Shown in pieces: positions 8,146-18,182 of a stretch of 64,000 nt of DNA; within the stretch, counting starts at the first letter, position 1; each line of letters begins with the position of its first letter. Under the pieces are notes generated by a model. That model ran no database searches. It was given only the letters and a program-made list of their open reading frames with translations, and had not been told where the DNA came from. The DNA is taken from the NCBI GenBank assembly GCA_026390575.1, contig JAPLFR010000006.1, positions 203,567-267,566 on the forward strand, read 5' to 3'. Both the position numbers and the translations under genes were made by a program. Source of the DNA: Ignavibacteriales bacterium. Lineage in GTDB: Bacteria > Bacteroidota > Ignavibacteria > UBA10030.

Positions 8146-11100
8146 TTACAGTGACACGCGTACTCCAAAATCAACTGTTGTACCATATAATTCTGCTCTA
8201 TTGGGCAAACTCCAATCCATGAAAGTATCTACCTGCGACCGTGTCTCTTTGCTGTTTGACAAATTATTTATATTTAGAAAAACAGAAAGGACAGGGGAGA
8301 TGACTTGCTTAAATGCAAGATCCCATTTTGTAAAGCTTTCGACAATATTATCTTGTGATCCGTCACCCGAGTACTGTCTTGTATATTTATCTTGATAGAA
8401 AACCGACAACCTGGCAGAGAATCCAGATACATCATAACCAAGAGCTGCATTACCATAAACCTCCGGTTGGTTCTCTGATCGTCTTGTCACTAACAAATAG
8501 TTATGATCATCTAAGACAGTAAAGTACGCCGGGGTTCTTCTCGCAGCCGGATGCCATACCGAGTCTTGCACGACTTGATTAATAATAATATTTGTTTCAG
8601 AACGTGTTATCGAAATATTGTATGATAATGTGATACTTTTAAGCCAGGCAACGGGAATAAAACCGAAATTCATTTGATGTTCCAATTCGAAACCCCATGC
8701 ATAGGAGCGATCAGGAGAATTGTAGGCTAAATTGGCAGTATAACTAGTGTTTGTATGCAATTGACGAAAGATAAGCGGATTATTATTCCACGACGACATA
8801 TTAATATATGCCATCAATTCATCTAGTCGATGATAGCCAGTGTTGGGAGTATGTGCTATTCCGATCAATGCACTTGAATCAGCCCAACTTATATTCACAT
8901 TTCTCATTTGATGATAGAGATCGTCCAATACTTTATAAAATCCAGAAATCGATATCAACCCAATCGTATTGCTATATATCTGTGCATTTGCTTCATAATT
9001 CCACGCCTTTGTATCCTTTAAGTTAGGATTGCCAACGACAAGGGCTGTCGTAGATGTGTTATAGGAAAATTGCGGCAACCGTAAATTATAATCCGGACGT
9101 GCTAATGCTCTATATGCGGCGAAACGAAGTCGGAGAAATTCTGTTGGCTTTAACGCTACTTGTACGCTCGGCAGCCATATAGTTTCAGAGTATTTTGCCG
9201 TTGTGTCTATGACCGGAGATGTGAGAAGTTGAACTGCGCCAGTACCGCCTACAGATGCATCCGAATATTTCCCATGATAATCATTTGATTCTGATTCAAC
9301 TCGAACACCAAAAACGAGTGTGGCAAATTGTCCAACATCAAGTGTATTCATAAGAAACGCACTTAATATTTGTTCCTCAATACTATAATCGTTTAATAAT
9401 ACCATACCATTGGGCCCATAATCTTGAGCAGCCCCAGGATTAATACCATTTTTGTTAAGGTCCCACCACTGCTTCAAAGCATCTTGATTCATCAAAGGAT
9501 TCATACTATACACACCTAAAAGGTTACGGGTTTGTATCGGTTGATCAAGAAATCGAAGCAATGACACCGCACTATTTTGTGTACCTTCAAAGCGCGTTCC
9601 ATCAACACTGATCGGCCCGCTTACCGTACTCAAAACATATTTCTTATAGTTATTCCATGAAAGATTTCCATTCGTCATCGAACGTGTTTTACCTTTGTAT
9701 TTACCTCCTATTTTAGTGTCATTGGAAAAAAAATCTCCAAATGAAAATTTCTTCGACACATTGAGTAAGAATGTCTTTTCAGCATCGTTGGTGTTGAGAC
9801 TCAAGAATTGTGTGCTATCAAGTGTAGCAATTGCAAAATTATTATCTGCAAGAGGGATCGTAGCTGTCTCCGGAGGATTTTTGGTCGCATCGGTAAATCC
9901 TCCGCTTCCTCCCGGTTCTGTAAATGAGAGGCGACAATCAAAAGGTGTCTCGGTTTTCGATCGAGCGTAAGAAGCATTCCAATCAACTGTTAATCCAAGA
10001 AGATTATTTTTTCCTTGCACTGATGTATTGATCGTACTAATCGTTTGTTCTGTATACTCATAATTATATTGCCAGGCATTGTTTCCACCCGATGGGTACG
10101 TTCGATTATGCAGCATAAAATTTCTATTAGTCTCGTTGTACGCGCCCGTTAATTTGACCGAACCACTATCCGGTGTATTGACATCAAAAATTACTTGTCC
10201 GCCATTTCTTTTGCGGATTTCATCTGTAAAATCGACCACAAATGTAGTTCTATTCCAGTCGTTTGTTCCATTCGGATTGAGGGCTGTAGTTGTATCGCCG
10301 TTGAAACTGTACGTATATCCGTATGAGACGTCTTCCTTACTTCGTATTTTCTTTTCTGTATTACCTTGTATTTGAACACCAAGAAAATCGTCAAAATATC
10401 TTTCAGCATACCGAAGAGCGATATCATACTGATTCGCCGATTTCATGAGATTATTATAGTCTCCTTTGAGATCGAGACGAATTTCTCTCTCTGATGGGGC
10501 TTTCCTTGTTACCAAGTTGATAGTGCCCGCAATAGCATCCGCGTCTTGATCTGGAGTCAACGTTTTAAATAATTCAATACCCGATAACGATCCCTGCGAC
10601 ATCGTGCTAAGATCTACATCGCGAGAATTAGGATCGGTCGGAGGAATCTTCACTCCATCCAACGTAATGTTGCTGAATTTGGAGCTTAATCCACGCATCA
10701 CCACATTCGTAGCTTCACCGCCACTGCGAATAATGGAAACGCCCGGCAAGCGCCCTATTGCTTCTGCAGCATTTGCGTCCGGCAATTCCTTAATCTTTTC
10801 TTCCGATACAACGTTCACGATGGTATTAGATGTAACTTGCTGGTTGATTGCAGCGAGTTGGCCGCGCATCTGAGCGGTAACAACAACTTCTTCACCTTGT
10901 ATAACAGCTGGTTTCAATTGGATGTTTATTGTTATATCCTTCGTTTTGGAAAAGTCAACTTCTTTCTTTTGTGTTTCGTATCCTATGCACGAGACCTTCA
11001 ACATAAAAGTACGTGCTGGTATTCCAACAATTCTAAATGCACCTTCAATATCAGTTGCCGTACCTAAGGATGTCCCCTGAATAGTAACATTAACACCAAT

Positions 11101-11565
11101 CAGTGTCTCATTATTCGTTGCATCAGTAACAACACCTCGTACTGTACCAGGTTGCGGTTGTGGTTTTTCATCCTGGCGAAAAACAAGGAGGCCGCTTTCT
11201 GTAATTGAATACTGGACATCTATGCCCTGAAGGATTTGATCAAGTGCTTCTGGCAAGGTTGTTACATTAAGTGTCAGATTGATTTTTTTATCTGATTTAA
11301 TTATGTCATAATCTAACACGGGTCTAAGTTGCACAATTTGAGCAACTTTTTTTATAGCGCTAATCAACGGTTCATTGACCAACTTGATTGTGATAGGACC
11401 TAATATGATGTGTGAGTTTAACTGAAGTGGCTTTTCCACCATTTTTGATGTACTTGCTTGAACTTGCTCTGGAGTTTCCTCTTGAGCATCTTGAGCATTC
11501 AGTTGTCTGCTGGAGAGCCCAACAATGAATAATGATATCAACAACAACGCATAGCGATAATTCAT
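8146..11565 (-). CDS. TonB-dependent receptor/transducer with an N-terminal STN (secretin/TonB short N-terminal) signalling domain and a CarboxypepD_reg domain
   Basis: 1139 aa with signal peptide. An STN-like segment (ISAIKKVAQIVQLRPVLDYDIIKSDKKINLTLNVTTLPEALDQILQGIDVQYSITESGLLVF) is followed by a carboxypeptidase-regulatory-like domain (TVRGVVTDATNNETLIGVNVTIQGTS...). The plug carries ELPDANAAEAIGRLPGVSIIRSGGEA. The barrel is long and ends in an aromatic-rich terminus (...FGVRVSL). Confidence 0.8.
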   Translation of the reverse strand: MNYRYALLLISLFIVGLSSRQLNAQDAQEETPEQVQASTSKMVEKPLQLNSHIILGPITIKLVNEPLISAIKKVAQIVQLRPVLDYDIIKSDKKINLTLNVTTLPEALDQILQGIDVQYSITESGLLVFRQDEKPQPQPGTVRGVVTDATNNETLIGVNVTIQGTSLGTATDIEGAFRIVGIPARTFMLKVSCIGYETQKKEVDFSKTKDITINIQLKPAVIQGEEVVVTAQMRGQLAAINQQVTSNTIVNVVSEEKIKELPDANAAEAIGRLPGVSIIRSGGEATNVVMRGLSSKFSNITLDGVKIPPTDPNSRDVDLSTMSQGSLSGIELFKTLTPDQDADAIAGTINLVTRKAPSEREIRLDLKGDYNNLMKSANQYDIALRYAERYFDDFLGVQIQGNTEKKIRSKEDVSYGYTYSFNGDTTTALNPNGTNDWNRTTFVVDFTDEIRKRNGGQVIFDVNTPDSGSVKLTGAYNETNRNFMLHNRTYPSGGNNAWQYNYEYTEQTISTINTSVQGKNNLLGLTVDWNASYARSKTETPFDCRLSFTEPGGSGGFTDATKNPPETATIPLADNNFAIATLDSTQFLSLNTNDAEKTFLLNVSKKFSFGDFFSNDTKIGGKYKGKTRSMTNGNLSWNNYKKYVLSTVSGPISVDGTRFEGTQNSAVSLLRFLDQPIQTRNLLGVYSMNPLMNQDALKQWWDLNKNGINPGAAQDYGPNGMVLLNDYSIEEQILSAFLMNTLDVGQFATLVFGVRVESESNDYHGKYSDASVGGTGAVQLLTSPVIDTTAKYSETIWLPSVQVALKPTEFLRLRFAAYRALARPDYNLRLPQFSYNTSTTALVVGNPNLKDTKAWNYEANAQIYSNTIGLISISGFYKVLDDLYHQMRNVNISWADSSALIGIAHTPNTGYHRLDELMAYINMSSWNNNPLIFRQLHTNTSYTANLAYNSPDRSYAWGFELEHQMNFGFIPVAWLKSITLSYNISITRSETNIIINQVVQDSVWHPAARRTPAYFTVLDDHNYLLVTRRSENQPEVYGNAALGYDVSGFSARLSVFYQDKYTRQYSGDGSQDNIVESFTKWDLAFKQVISPVLSVFLNINNLSNSKETRSQVDTFMDWSLPNRAELYGTTVDFGVRVSL

Positions 11566-11651
11566 ATCACATTCTCCTTAGGTAAACAGGTCCAATATTG
11601 AGTTTTATACGACAACAGAACAATGTTGTATCCTGTCATGTGCTAATAATA

Positions 11652-12776
11652 TTAGAGCGCCTTAGAATCTCGATGACGATATAACGACACAACTTTTCCT
11701 CGCTGTTCATATTGAAAACGGAGAGAAAAAGAAAGCGATCGTATAATTTGAGATAGAGATTCATTGCCATACGTGGCAACGATATGCCGACTCAACAATT
11801 CTGGATCATGAACTTCAAATACAACATCGTACTTGCGGGAAAGCTGCTTAATGACTTCCGCCAAGGTTGCATTTTCAAATACCATTTGGTTTTTCAGCCA
11901 CGCTAAATATTTATCCGTCCTAATTACCTCCGCTGTTGTCGGATGCCCGCCTTTAATGATCCGACTCATCTGATTGCGATTTAACAATACCACATCTTGT
12001 TGTTGGATTCCTGCAAATGCCACTTGTCCTTCGGAAACAACCACCTGTGTCTTGTTATCTTCTGAATATGATGTGACATTAAAAATAGTCCCTAATACAC
12101 GTATATTTGCATTTGCAGTTTGTACGGTGAACGGAGAAGATTCATTGCGGGCGACTTCAAAAAAACCCTCTCCATCTAAGAAGACTTCACGTTTCTCCTT
12201 TGCGAACACAATAGGAAACCGAACCTTGGTCGCAGAATTTAAATGGATGCTTGTGCCGTCACTTAGTAAAAGCTTGGATCTCTCTCCCTTTTGCGTACTA
12301 TATTCCTGGTATGTGGATTGATACGCCAATTCTCTTTTCTGCTGAAGCTGCTTGAAATAAACAGCTGTCCCAATTGCACCCCCCAGAATCAATATTGCAA
12401 TTACAGCAAGTCTAAAGACATACTGAGATGATGATCTATTGATACCAAAACACCAGTGCATCACCGAAAGAATCAGCCATCGGGAAATGTTCGTGTCTGG
12501 TATTAATTTTATTTCATCAGGTGATTCAGCTTGAGAAAGTGCTATGCCCGCTTTGGATGCGAATTTATTCCAAAGTTCATCTTCATTCCATTGCGCTAAA
12601 TCGAGTTGTGATTCATGAAGCAATTGTTCCAATGATCGCAAGAGCTGTTGATGAGTGATATCTTTCTTCAACCATTGTTCTATTTTTTGTTTTTCTTTAT
12701 CGGTTGCCTCACTAACAATGTATCTGATTAAAAGGCGAAGGGCTTGTGGATTCTTACTCATAGGATTTCCATTCAT
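11652..12776 (-). CDS. FecR-family anti-sigma factor / transmembrane sensor
   Basis: 374 aa with an N-terminal cytoplasmic region, one TM helix (FRLAVIAILILGGAIGTAVYF), then a FecR periplasmic domain (LSDGTSIHLNSATKVRFP...VFLDGEGFFEV). Located immediately downstream of an ECF sigma gene and upstream of the STN-TBDR. Confidence 0.8.
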   Translation of the reverse strand: MNGNPMSKNPQALRLLIRYIVSEATDKEKQKIEQWLKKDITHQQLLRSLEQLLHESQLDLAQWNEDELWNKFASKAGIALSQAESPDEIKLIPDTNISRWLILSVMHWCFGINRSSSQYVFRLAVIAILILGGAIGTAVYFKQLQQKRELAYQSTYQEYSTQKGERSKLLLSDGTSIHLNSATKVRFPIVFAKEKREVFLDGEGFFEVARNESSPFTVQTANANIRVLGTIFNVTSYSEDNKTQVVVSEGQVAFAGIQQQDVVLLNRNQMSRIIKGGHPTTAEVIRTDKYLAWLKNQMVFENATLAEVIKQLSRKYDVVFEVHDPELLSRHIVATYGNESLSQIIRSLSFSLRFQYEQRGKVVSLYRHRDSKAL

Positions 12777-12828
12777 ATTATTGTAGAATTATCGATTCAT
12801 TGATATTAAGACAACTGAGTTGGAAAAG

Positions 12829-12842
12829 TTCCCTATAGGGAA
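12829..12842. promoter_or_regulatory. Perfect 14-bp palindrome TTCCCTATAGGGAA between the ECF sigma and anti-sigma genes
   Basis: ttccctatagggaa at 12829-12842, in the 84-bp gap between the sigma stop (12861) and the FecR-like start (12776). Either an intra-operon hairpin/attenuator or a protein-binding site. Confidence 0.3.
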
Positions 12843-12860
12843 GGACTTATAATTTGAGAT

Positions 12861-13454
12861 TTATTCGAAGCGGAGGTCAGATCGAAGAATTTTTATTGCC
12901 TTAACCATCTGTGCATCGACAGTTTTCATAGATATTTCCAGTATTTCTGCTATTTCTGTATATTTCATATTGAAATATCGACTTAAGATAAAAACAATTC
13001 TACAGCGTTCAGGTATTTTTTCCAATGCTTGCGTTATCAAAACATCCAATTCTTGATGTTCAGCAATTTCGTGCGGCGTAGCTGAGGGTAGTGAAAACAG
13101 CTTTGAATATGCGTCTGAACTGTTCCGATCTATCGTTTGATGTTTCAAGAAATTTAGCGAAAGATTTCGTACTGAAGTAAAAAGATATGTTTTAAGGAAT
13201 CCTTCGATCCGAATAGTTTCCCTGCGTTCCCAGAGAAGAAGGAATAAATTCTGAACAATGTCTTCAGCTGCATCAAAGGATTTTACATAATATGCTGCAA
13301 ATGAACAGAGTTCTTTTACATAGAGCCGATAAATTTTTTCGAACGCCGCTGTATCACCTCTACGCACTCTCTCGAGAAGCCGTTTTTCCTCTTCTGTTGT
13401 TAATCGACTTTGTTTTGTATGATAATCAGTGATTATATTTAAGAGGAAAATCAA
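12861..13454 (-). CDS. ECF-type RNA polymerase sigma-70 factor (FecI-like)
   Basis: 197 aa. Region 2 (LFLLLWERRETI), region 4 HTH (YTEIAEILEISMKTVDAQMVKAIKILR). It precedes the FecR-like and STN-TBDR genes on the same strand. Confidence 0.8.
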   Translation of the reverse strand: MIFLLNIITDYHTKQSRLTTEEEKRLLERVRRGDTAAFEKIYRLYVKELCSFAAYYVKSFDAAEDIVQNLFLLLWERRETIRIEGFLKTYLFTSVRNLSLNFLKHQTIDRNSSDAYSKLFSLPSATPHEIAEHQELDVLITQALEKIPERCRIVFILSRYFNMKYTEIAEILEISMKTVDAQMVKAIKILRSDLRFE

Positions 13455-13664
13455 GGGCGCTCACAAGTTAAATCGATGCAAAAATATTCATCGCGTGTAA
13501 GATAAATGATTTCTGTTCATTTAGCAATTTACCGGTAATTATTAGTGGCCTTGGGTCTATATTTCTGCATTATGTTTTAGGGTGCAGAAAAAAGGATTCA
13601 CAAATTCTGTGGATTAATCATTATGCATTTTTTAATGTATCTTGCGTAAATACTCCGGCAATGG

Positions 13665-14154
13665 CTAATGTTTAATAAAAACAAGACAAGTCAGATTAAG
13701 AACAGAATCTATCGATATTTCAAAGGAATGTAATTTCCTTTTGAGAGCTGTATAATTCTGAAACGAATATGCTTTAATGATATCAGTATTCTTGACGTAG
13801 ATAATTTTCCTGCAATAATATGGGATAGATACTCTTCCGATATTCCTATTGACAAGATGGACTGAACCACACCACACAAGAGCGCTATCGTATTATTTTT
13901 ACCAGTTTCCGAGTGTATTCTTCAAGTCTCTCCCAACTGCCTCGACTCAAAGCCGATAATTGTGATGTCATGTTTGAATAGTAAATGCTCTCGATCATCT
14001 CAATTGAATCGTACCCGCGATCATATACAGCCATCTGATGTCCTCGATCAATTTCAGAATTCTTGTATTCTTTATCTAGACTCGTGAATTTAGGAAGCAA
14101 TTGATCCGGTTTGAATCTCTTGGAACGCTTATACTTTCGTTCACAATCAAGCAT
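13665..14154 (-). pseudogene. Remnant of a DNA/RNA non-specific endonuclease (Serratia NucA family), N-terminally truncated and frameshifted
   Basis: ORF 13885..14154 contains ...SEIDRGHQMAVYDRGYDSIEMIESIYYSNMTSQLSALSRGSWERLEEYTRKLV. This matches the Serratia nuclease core DRGHQ(19-22 aa)SNITPQ...GAWARLEDQERKLI, including the catalytic His and the metal-binding Asn. The family continuation (VSIPYYCRKIIYVKNTD... vs HTIPSAYWKVIFINN...FRVTVDEIEKRTGLII) lies in a different frame, in ORF 13665..13877. A stop lies 5 codons upstream of the first Met. The signal peptide and the first ~60 aa are missing. Confidence 0.6.
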
Positions 14155-14919
14155 CGACTTTGTGAATCAATACGTAACAACTACAGGAAATTACTTCGAA
14201 TTACTGAAAGCGGCGGAATAATACTCATGGTAAATAGTGACGGTGTCTGATTCTTCTGGCTCATTTTGTGAAAACAGCCCTTCAGGAGAGCTGCAAAGCA
14301 GTAACAGAATAGTCGAGCCAAAAAGAAACGATATTTTATACATATCAACCCCTTTTTACAGCTCAACAATCTTGTATAATAGGCTATTTTCTTCATTCAA
14401 TGGTGTGTATGCTTGGTTGGGGGCACAAGGGTTTTAGAATTTTCCTTTCCTAATTGCTAACACTTTTTGCAAGCCTGGAACACAAGTTCTAAACTCGTTA
14501 TAAAAATACAAATTTTTCTTCCTAAGTAATTCTCAAGCCATAAATTTTTATAACGCAGACAAGTTGATTCGGAAATGAAGTATAGAATATTCCTAATAGA
14601 CAAAAAGAATACATCGCGATATAGATTAATCTTACGAAATAACCTGCCCTCGCTACGAATCTCAATTGCCACCATCTAAAAAAAACTTTAACGCTCATCA
14701 AAGAGTTCGATTATCCTGATAGATTAAGATTTTTCGAAACGATCGAATGGAATGATTTGTTCTCTGGGGAAAGTATTAATGCGAATTATTTCTACTGGCT
14801 CTATGGATTAATATTAAGTGAATAACTTTATTAAAAATTACATGATAATACAGAACCTATTGGAGTAATGTGCGAGCTGTGTGATTATTCTTCTTGTGTT
14901 TGATTTACAATATCTACAA

Positions 14920-15993
14920 TCATCTCCCAAAATATTTTGCAACTCTGTTGGCTGCATTTGCACGAATATTGTAATAATAAAACGGATAATCAAAGCTATG
15001 GAAAACTCCTCTAACGAAAATTGAATTTCCCGGAGACCACTTATTTACATCAACAGTAGTGCAAATCACAACACCTTTCGCTTTATCAACACGGGCATCA
15101 GCAAAGTTCATTACAGGTGTGGGTATTCCTGCAGCCACAGTACCATCACTATTTAATATTATTGACCCAAAATTTTTATCTGCAGTTGCCGGAGTTTCAT
15201 CTCTTGTCCAGGTAATTGGATTGATAGCAATACCACCAGGCGTTAAGACAACATTGGTTCCCGGAACAACGTCTGGAGATTCAGTGTTATAAGATATTAT
15301 CACTCCCGTATCGTCAGGACCCTGAGCAAATTTTAAGTGTGGATTATTAGCAAGGTACGCGTTAGTGACCGAATAACCGATAACGTAGGCAGCAATCATT
15401 CTGGCGTACACCTGCGGATTTTCTTTCATATATATTGACAAAAGATAATTCAATACATTTGCCCCTTGTGAATGGCCTGCTAAAATATACGGACGACCAC
15501 TATTGTAGTGCTTGACATAATAGTCGAATGCCGCGATTGCATCTTTTGTTGGTATTCCTGCCACTACTTTTTCTCCGTCTTCCAAGGATAAGGACATGCG
15601 ATATGCAATATCAACTTGTCTATAGTATGGAGCATAAATATTCGCTATCGTATCAAACGCGGTGGCTTGCCTTTTAAATGCTAAGTCCGATCCTTTTAAC
15701 ATAGAAGGATTGTTGATTTCACAAATATTTGAATCACCTGCACCCTTTTGCCAGGCAGTTGGATAAAGATAAAATACATCTACTGATTTGTTTACGGTAG
15801 CAGGTAAAGACAACCAATATTCAGATTTTGAATAATCAGTTGCATTTGGATCAGTTATTGAATTATCGGCTGCATCGACAGTATCCTTTGAACATGCCTG
15901 AAAATTCATACAAAAGATAAGGGCTATAAATACTAAAACTATATTTATTGCTGTAATTATTTTACCGGCATTCGGTATTTTATAAGCAACCAT
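14920..15993 (-). CDS. Secreted alpha/beta-hydrolase (lipase/esterase-like; GHSQG nucleophile elbow)
   Basis: 357 aa. N-terminal TM/signal (IITAINIVLVFIALIFCMNFQACS, possible lipoprotein Cys). Nucleophile elbow YILAGHSQGANVL. Flanked on both sides by ~500 bp AT-rich non-coding DNA. Confidence 0.5.
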   Translation of the reverse strand: MVAYKIPNAGKIITAINIVLVFIALIFCMNFQACSKDTVDAADNSITDPNATDYSKSEYWLSLPATVNKSVDVFYLYPTAWQKGAGDSNICEINNPSMLKGSDLAFKRQATAFDTIANIYAPYYRQVDIAYRMSLSLEDGEKVVAGIPTKDAIAAFDYYVKHYNSGRPYILAGHSQGANVLNYLLSIYMKENPQVYARMIAAYVIGYSVTNAYLANNPHLKFAQGPDDTGVIISYNTESPDVVPGTNVVLTPGGIAINPITWTRDETPATADKNFGSIILNSDGTVAAGIPTPVMNFADARVDKAKGVVICTTVDVNKWSPGNSIFVRGVFHSFDYPFYYYNIRANAANRVAKYFGR

Positions 15994-16565
15994 AAATAAC
16001 TCTGTGATAATTTGTTGTTCAATAATTTTTCAGATGCTGTTATTTTTATATATGTGGAATAGGTGCTTGTGTATCGCTCTTCCTAGGCCTTTTTCCTCGT
16101 CCGCAATTCAGAATTTAATTGTTTGACAAATTCCGTATTATTCGAGAACGAACCGATTAATCGGATATCTATATCGTATGCGAAAAAAGAGATTCACATA
16201 TCGATGCATTTGTGTTAAAATGTAAATACTATATTGTTTAACAGCAATCACCCGAAATGATGAAAAAATAATTAATCCTTTTCGCAGCCCGATATTTTTT
16301 ATAGCACAAATAAGGTCATAATAAGAGATATTAAAACGTAGATTTAAGGGGTGAAAAATCACGTTGCGACTTTTATTTTGTAAGGGGAAATTAAGAGCGG
16401 GTAGCTGTGAATTTGAGAGAGGCTAATAATTCAATAGCATACATGATAAAAAAAAAAGATCCACCTCTTGACTTACGCCGATATAAATAAGCAGGATGAT
16501 ATTTCCTACAAAGAGCGGTCCGTTGTGTCTGAAGATAAAAAATATTCGTAAAGATTTATCCTGCA

Positions 16566-17381
16566 CTAGAACAATAGATTGATGCCAACTGATTGTCCTG
16601 CGTCAACTTCACTATGGCCTGCAAAGCCCGCTTCAGTGCTGAGAGAGCGTGAATATCCTACCATAATATTCAGATGCTGAGATAAGGCAAAGTAAAGATT
16701 TAACGAAATAGTCGTTGTGTAGCGTTTCGTTTCGTCCAAATTCCTGAGATGAACGAATGTTTCCTCAAAACTCAGATCCTGGGAATAGGTGAAATGGTAG
16801 TACTGAGAAATGTACATTCCATAGTAAGGGCCTTCTTTCATTCCGAAGTACTCAACTGGAGCTGTATATGTTGGGAAAACTCTTCCACCGGCAACAAAGA
16901 GATTCAATTGATGCATTGGAGAAATCGTCCAACTTGTTCCAATCCCCAGAAATGGGAGGTACTGATCCTTCAACATGTGCAATTCGTACTTTTCCCACAA
17001 CACTCCCGTCTCGGCTAAAAGATATGGAAGAAAATCATATCGAACATCCGCGCGAAACTGAAAATGTGTCATTTTCTGTTGGTCGCCGGTTGTACTATTG
17101 TCGAAATAACTGCCGGCTAGAGATCCTGTCATGAATCCTTTTCGCAAATCAATCTCGGTGCCGGTCTGAATCTGGTGCATTTCATAATTGCCGGTCATGT
17201 TATTGACGGATAAATTTCCTTCTGCGTGGAAGAGAAGCCGATTCAAACTATCGGGGGCTGCAAAGGGACTCTTGTTCCACCAATGATCAGGCGGTGGTGG
17301 AGTAGGTGACTGTGAAAGTAACATAGCAGACGTAGTAAAGAGCAGTGAACCAACAATGGCAAGTGTCCAGCACTTCTTCAT
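16566..17381 (-). CDS. Outer-membrane beta-barrel protein (DUF481-like)
   Basis: Probable start MKKCWTLAIVGSLLFTTSAMLLSQ (signal peptide). Alternating hydrophobic beta-strand pattern. C-terminal ...SVGINLLF ends in Phe as in OM barrels. A proline-rich linker (PTPPPPDHWW) follows the signal peptide. Confidence 0.4.
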   Translation of the reverse strand: MKKCWTLAIVGSLLFTTSAMLLSQSPTPPPPDHWWNKSPFAAPDSLNRLLFHAEGNLSVNNMTGNYEMHQIQTGTEIDLRKGFMTGSLAGSYFDNSTTGDQQKMTHFQFRADVRYDFLPYLLAETGVLWEKYELHMLKDQYLPFLGIGTSWTISPMHQLNLFVAGGRVFPTYTAPVEYFGMKEGPYYGMYISQYYHFTYSQDLSFEETFVHLRNLDETKRYTTTISLNLYFALSQHLNIMVGYSRSLSTEAGFAGHSEVDAGQSVGINLLF

Positions 17382-17472
17382 GAAAAATCCTTCCCGGATA
17401 AATATAGCATACCCCAGCTTACACGTGGGGTATGCTATACGAATAATGAGCAATTGAAATTGTGCGATGCAG

Positions 17473-17655
17473 TCAGGCTGCTGAGCTTACACGCCTTTGG
17501 AATTTCCGATCTATCGAAATCACGACAATAATTACGAGCGGAACCAGCGGGCTAAGAAGCATAGAGAGAACGAAATTACCCCAAAAGCCAAAGAAGGTCT
17601 TTCGTCCCAAGATTCCAACCAAAACTGCTATACCAACCCAAAAATAGATAGGCAT
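17473..17655 (-). CDS. Small two-TM membrane protein (60 aa), translationally coupled to the upstream DUF697-like gene
   Basis: MPIYFWVGIAVLVGILGRK...FVLSMLLSPLVPLVIIVVISI: two hydrophobic helices. Its start codon lies 2 nt after the stop of the 17658..18182 gene, and 20 nt before the OM barrel gene. Confidence 0.35.
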   Translation of the reverse strand: MPIYFWVGIAVLVGILGRKTFFGFWGNFVLSMLLSPLVPLVIIVVISIDRKFQRRVSSAA

Positions 17656-17657
17656 TT

Positions 17658-18182
17658 TTATGCTTTCGCAGGTTCAGCTCTCAGGGATTTGACTGCTGCC
17701 TTTCCCTGTTTATACATATCGGAAAAATACACTTTCATCTTCTCGACATCAAACGTCAAGAATGTACCACCGGACTCAAAGTGTTTGACAAAAACTTTTC
17801 CGATCGCCCATGTAATTGCGCCCGAGTATATAGGCATTGCGAGCGCACTAAGGAATCCTAAGAAGGGGATAGATTTGATGAAACTTGCACCATAGCGCTG
17901 CGCCAAGTACCCTGCAGAGAGGCTTCCTGTTAATGCGGCAATAATCGCTCTTGCAGCATTTTCTGAAAACTGTACTTTATAGACATCTGAAAGGTCGCTC
18001 AACATCTTCACTTGAAAACCGGCAACTGCTGCCATGTCCAAGGCTGGAACGGGAATCAATCCGGCACCCGCTGACCACAAAGTGTACTTGTTTACAACAG
18101 AATTTGCAAGCATGCTGTTGCTAATGCCAACCGCTGGCTGCTCTTTTGTTTCTTTTATAACTTCATTCGAAATATCTTTCAT
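17658..18182 (-). CDS. DUF697/YcjF-like membrane-associated protein
   Basis: 174 aa. The central hydrophobic re-entrant segment WSAGAGLIPVPALDMAAVAGFQVKMLSDLSDVY...ALTGSLSAGYL resembles the YcjF/DUF697 core (GLNPLPGVD...). Assignment by memory of the family. Confidence 0.45.
   Translation of the reverse strand: MKDISNEVIKETKEQPAVGISNSMLANSVVNKYTLWSAGAGLIPVPALDMAAVAGFQVKMLSDLSDVYKVQFSENAARAIIAALTGSLSAGYLAQRYGASFIKSIPFLGFLSALAMPIYSGAITWAIGKVFVKHFESGGTFLTFDVEKMKVYFSDMYKQGKAAVKSLRAEPAKA

Noticed and set aside
10604-10873. Plus-strand ORFs inside the TBDR genes (10604..10873, 58916..59203) with similar ...AAFASGNS... peptides
   Set aside because: They are antisense translations of the conserved plug-domain coding sequence of two paralogous minus-strand receptors. 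The similarity simply mirrors the paralogy.
14181-14396. 71-aa ORF upstream of the nuclease remnant as its missing N-terminus/signal peptide
   Set aside because: The translation (MKKIAYYTRLLSCKKGLICIKYRFFLARLFCYC...) is Cys/Arg-rich low-complexity with no signal-peptide character and no similarity to NucA-family N-termini. It is probably non-coding decay.
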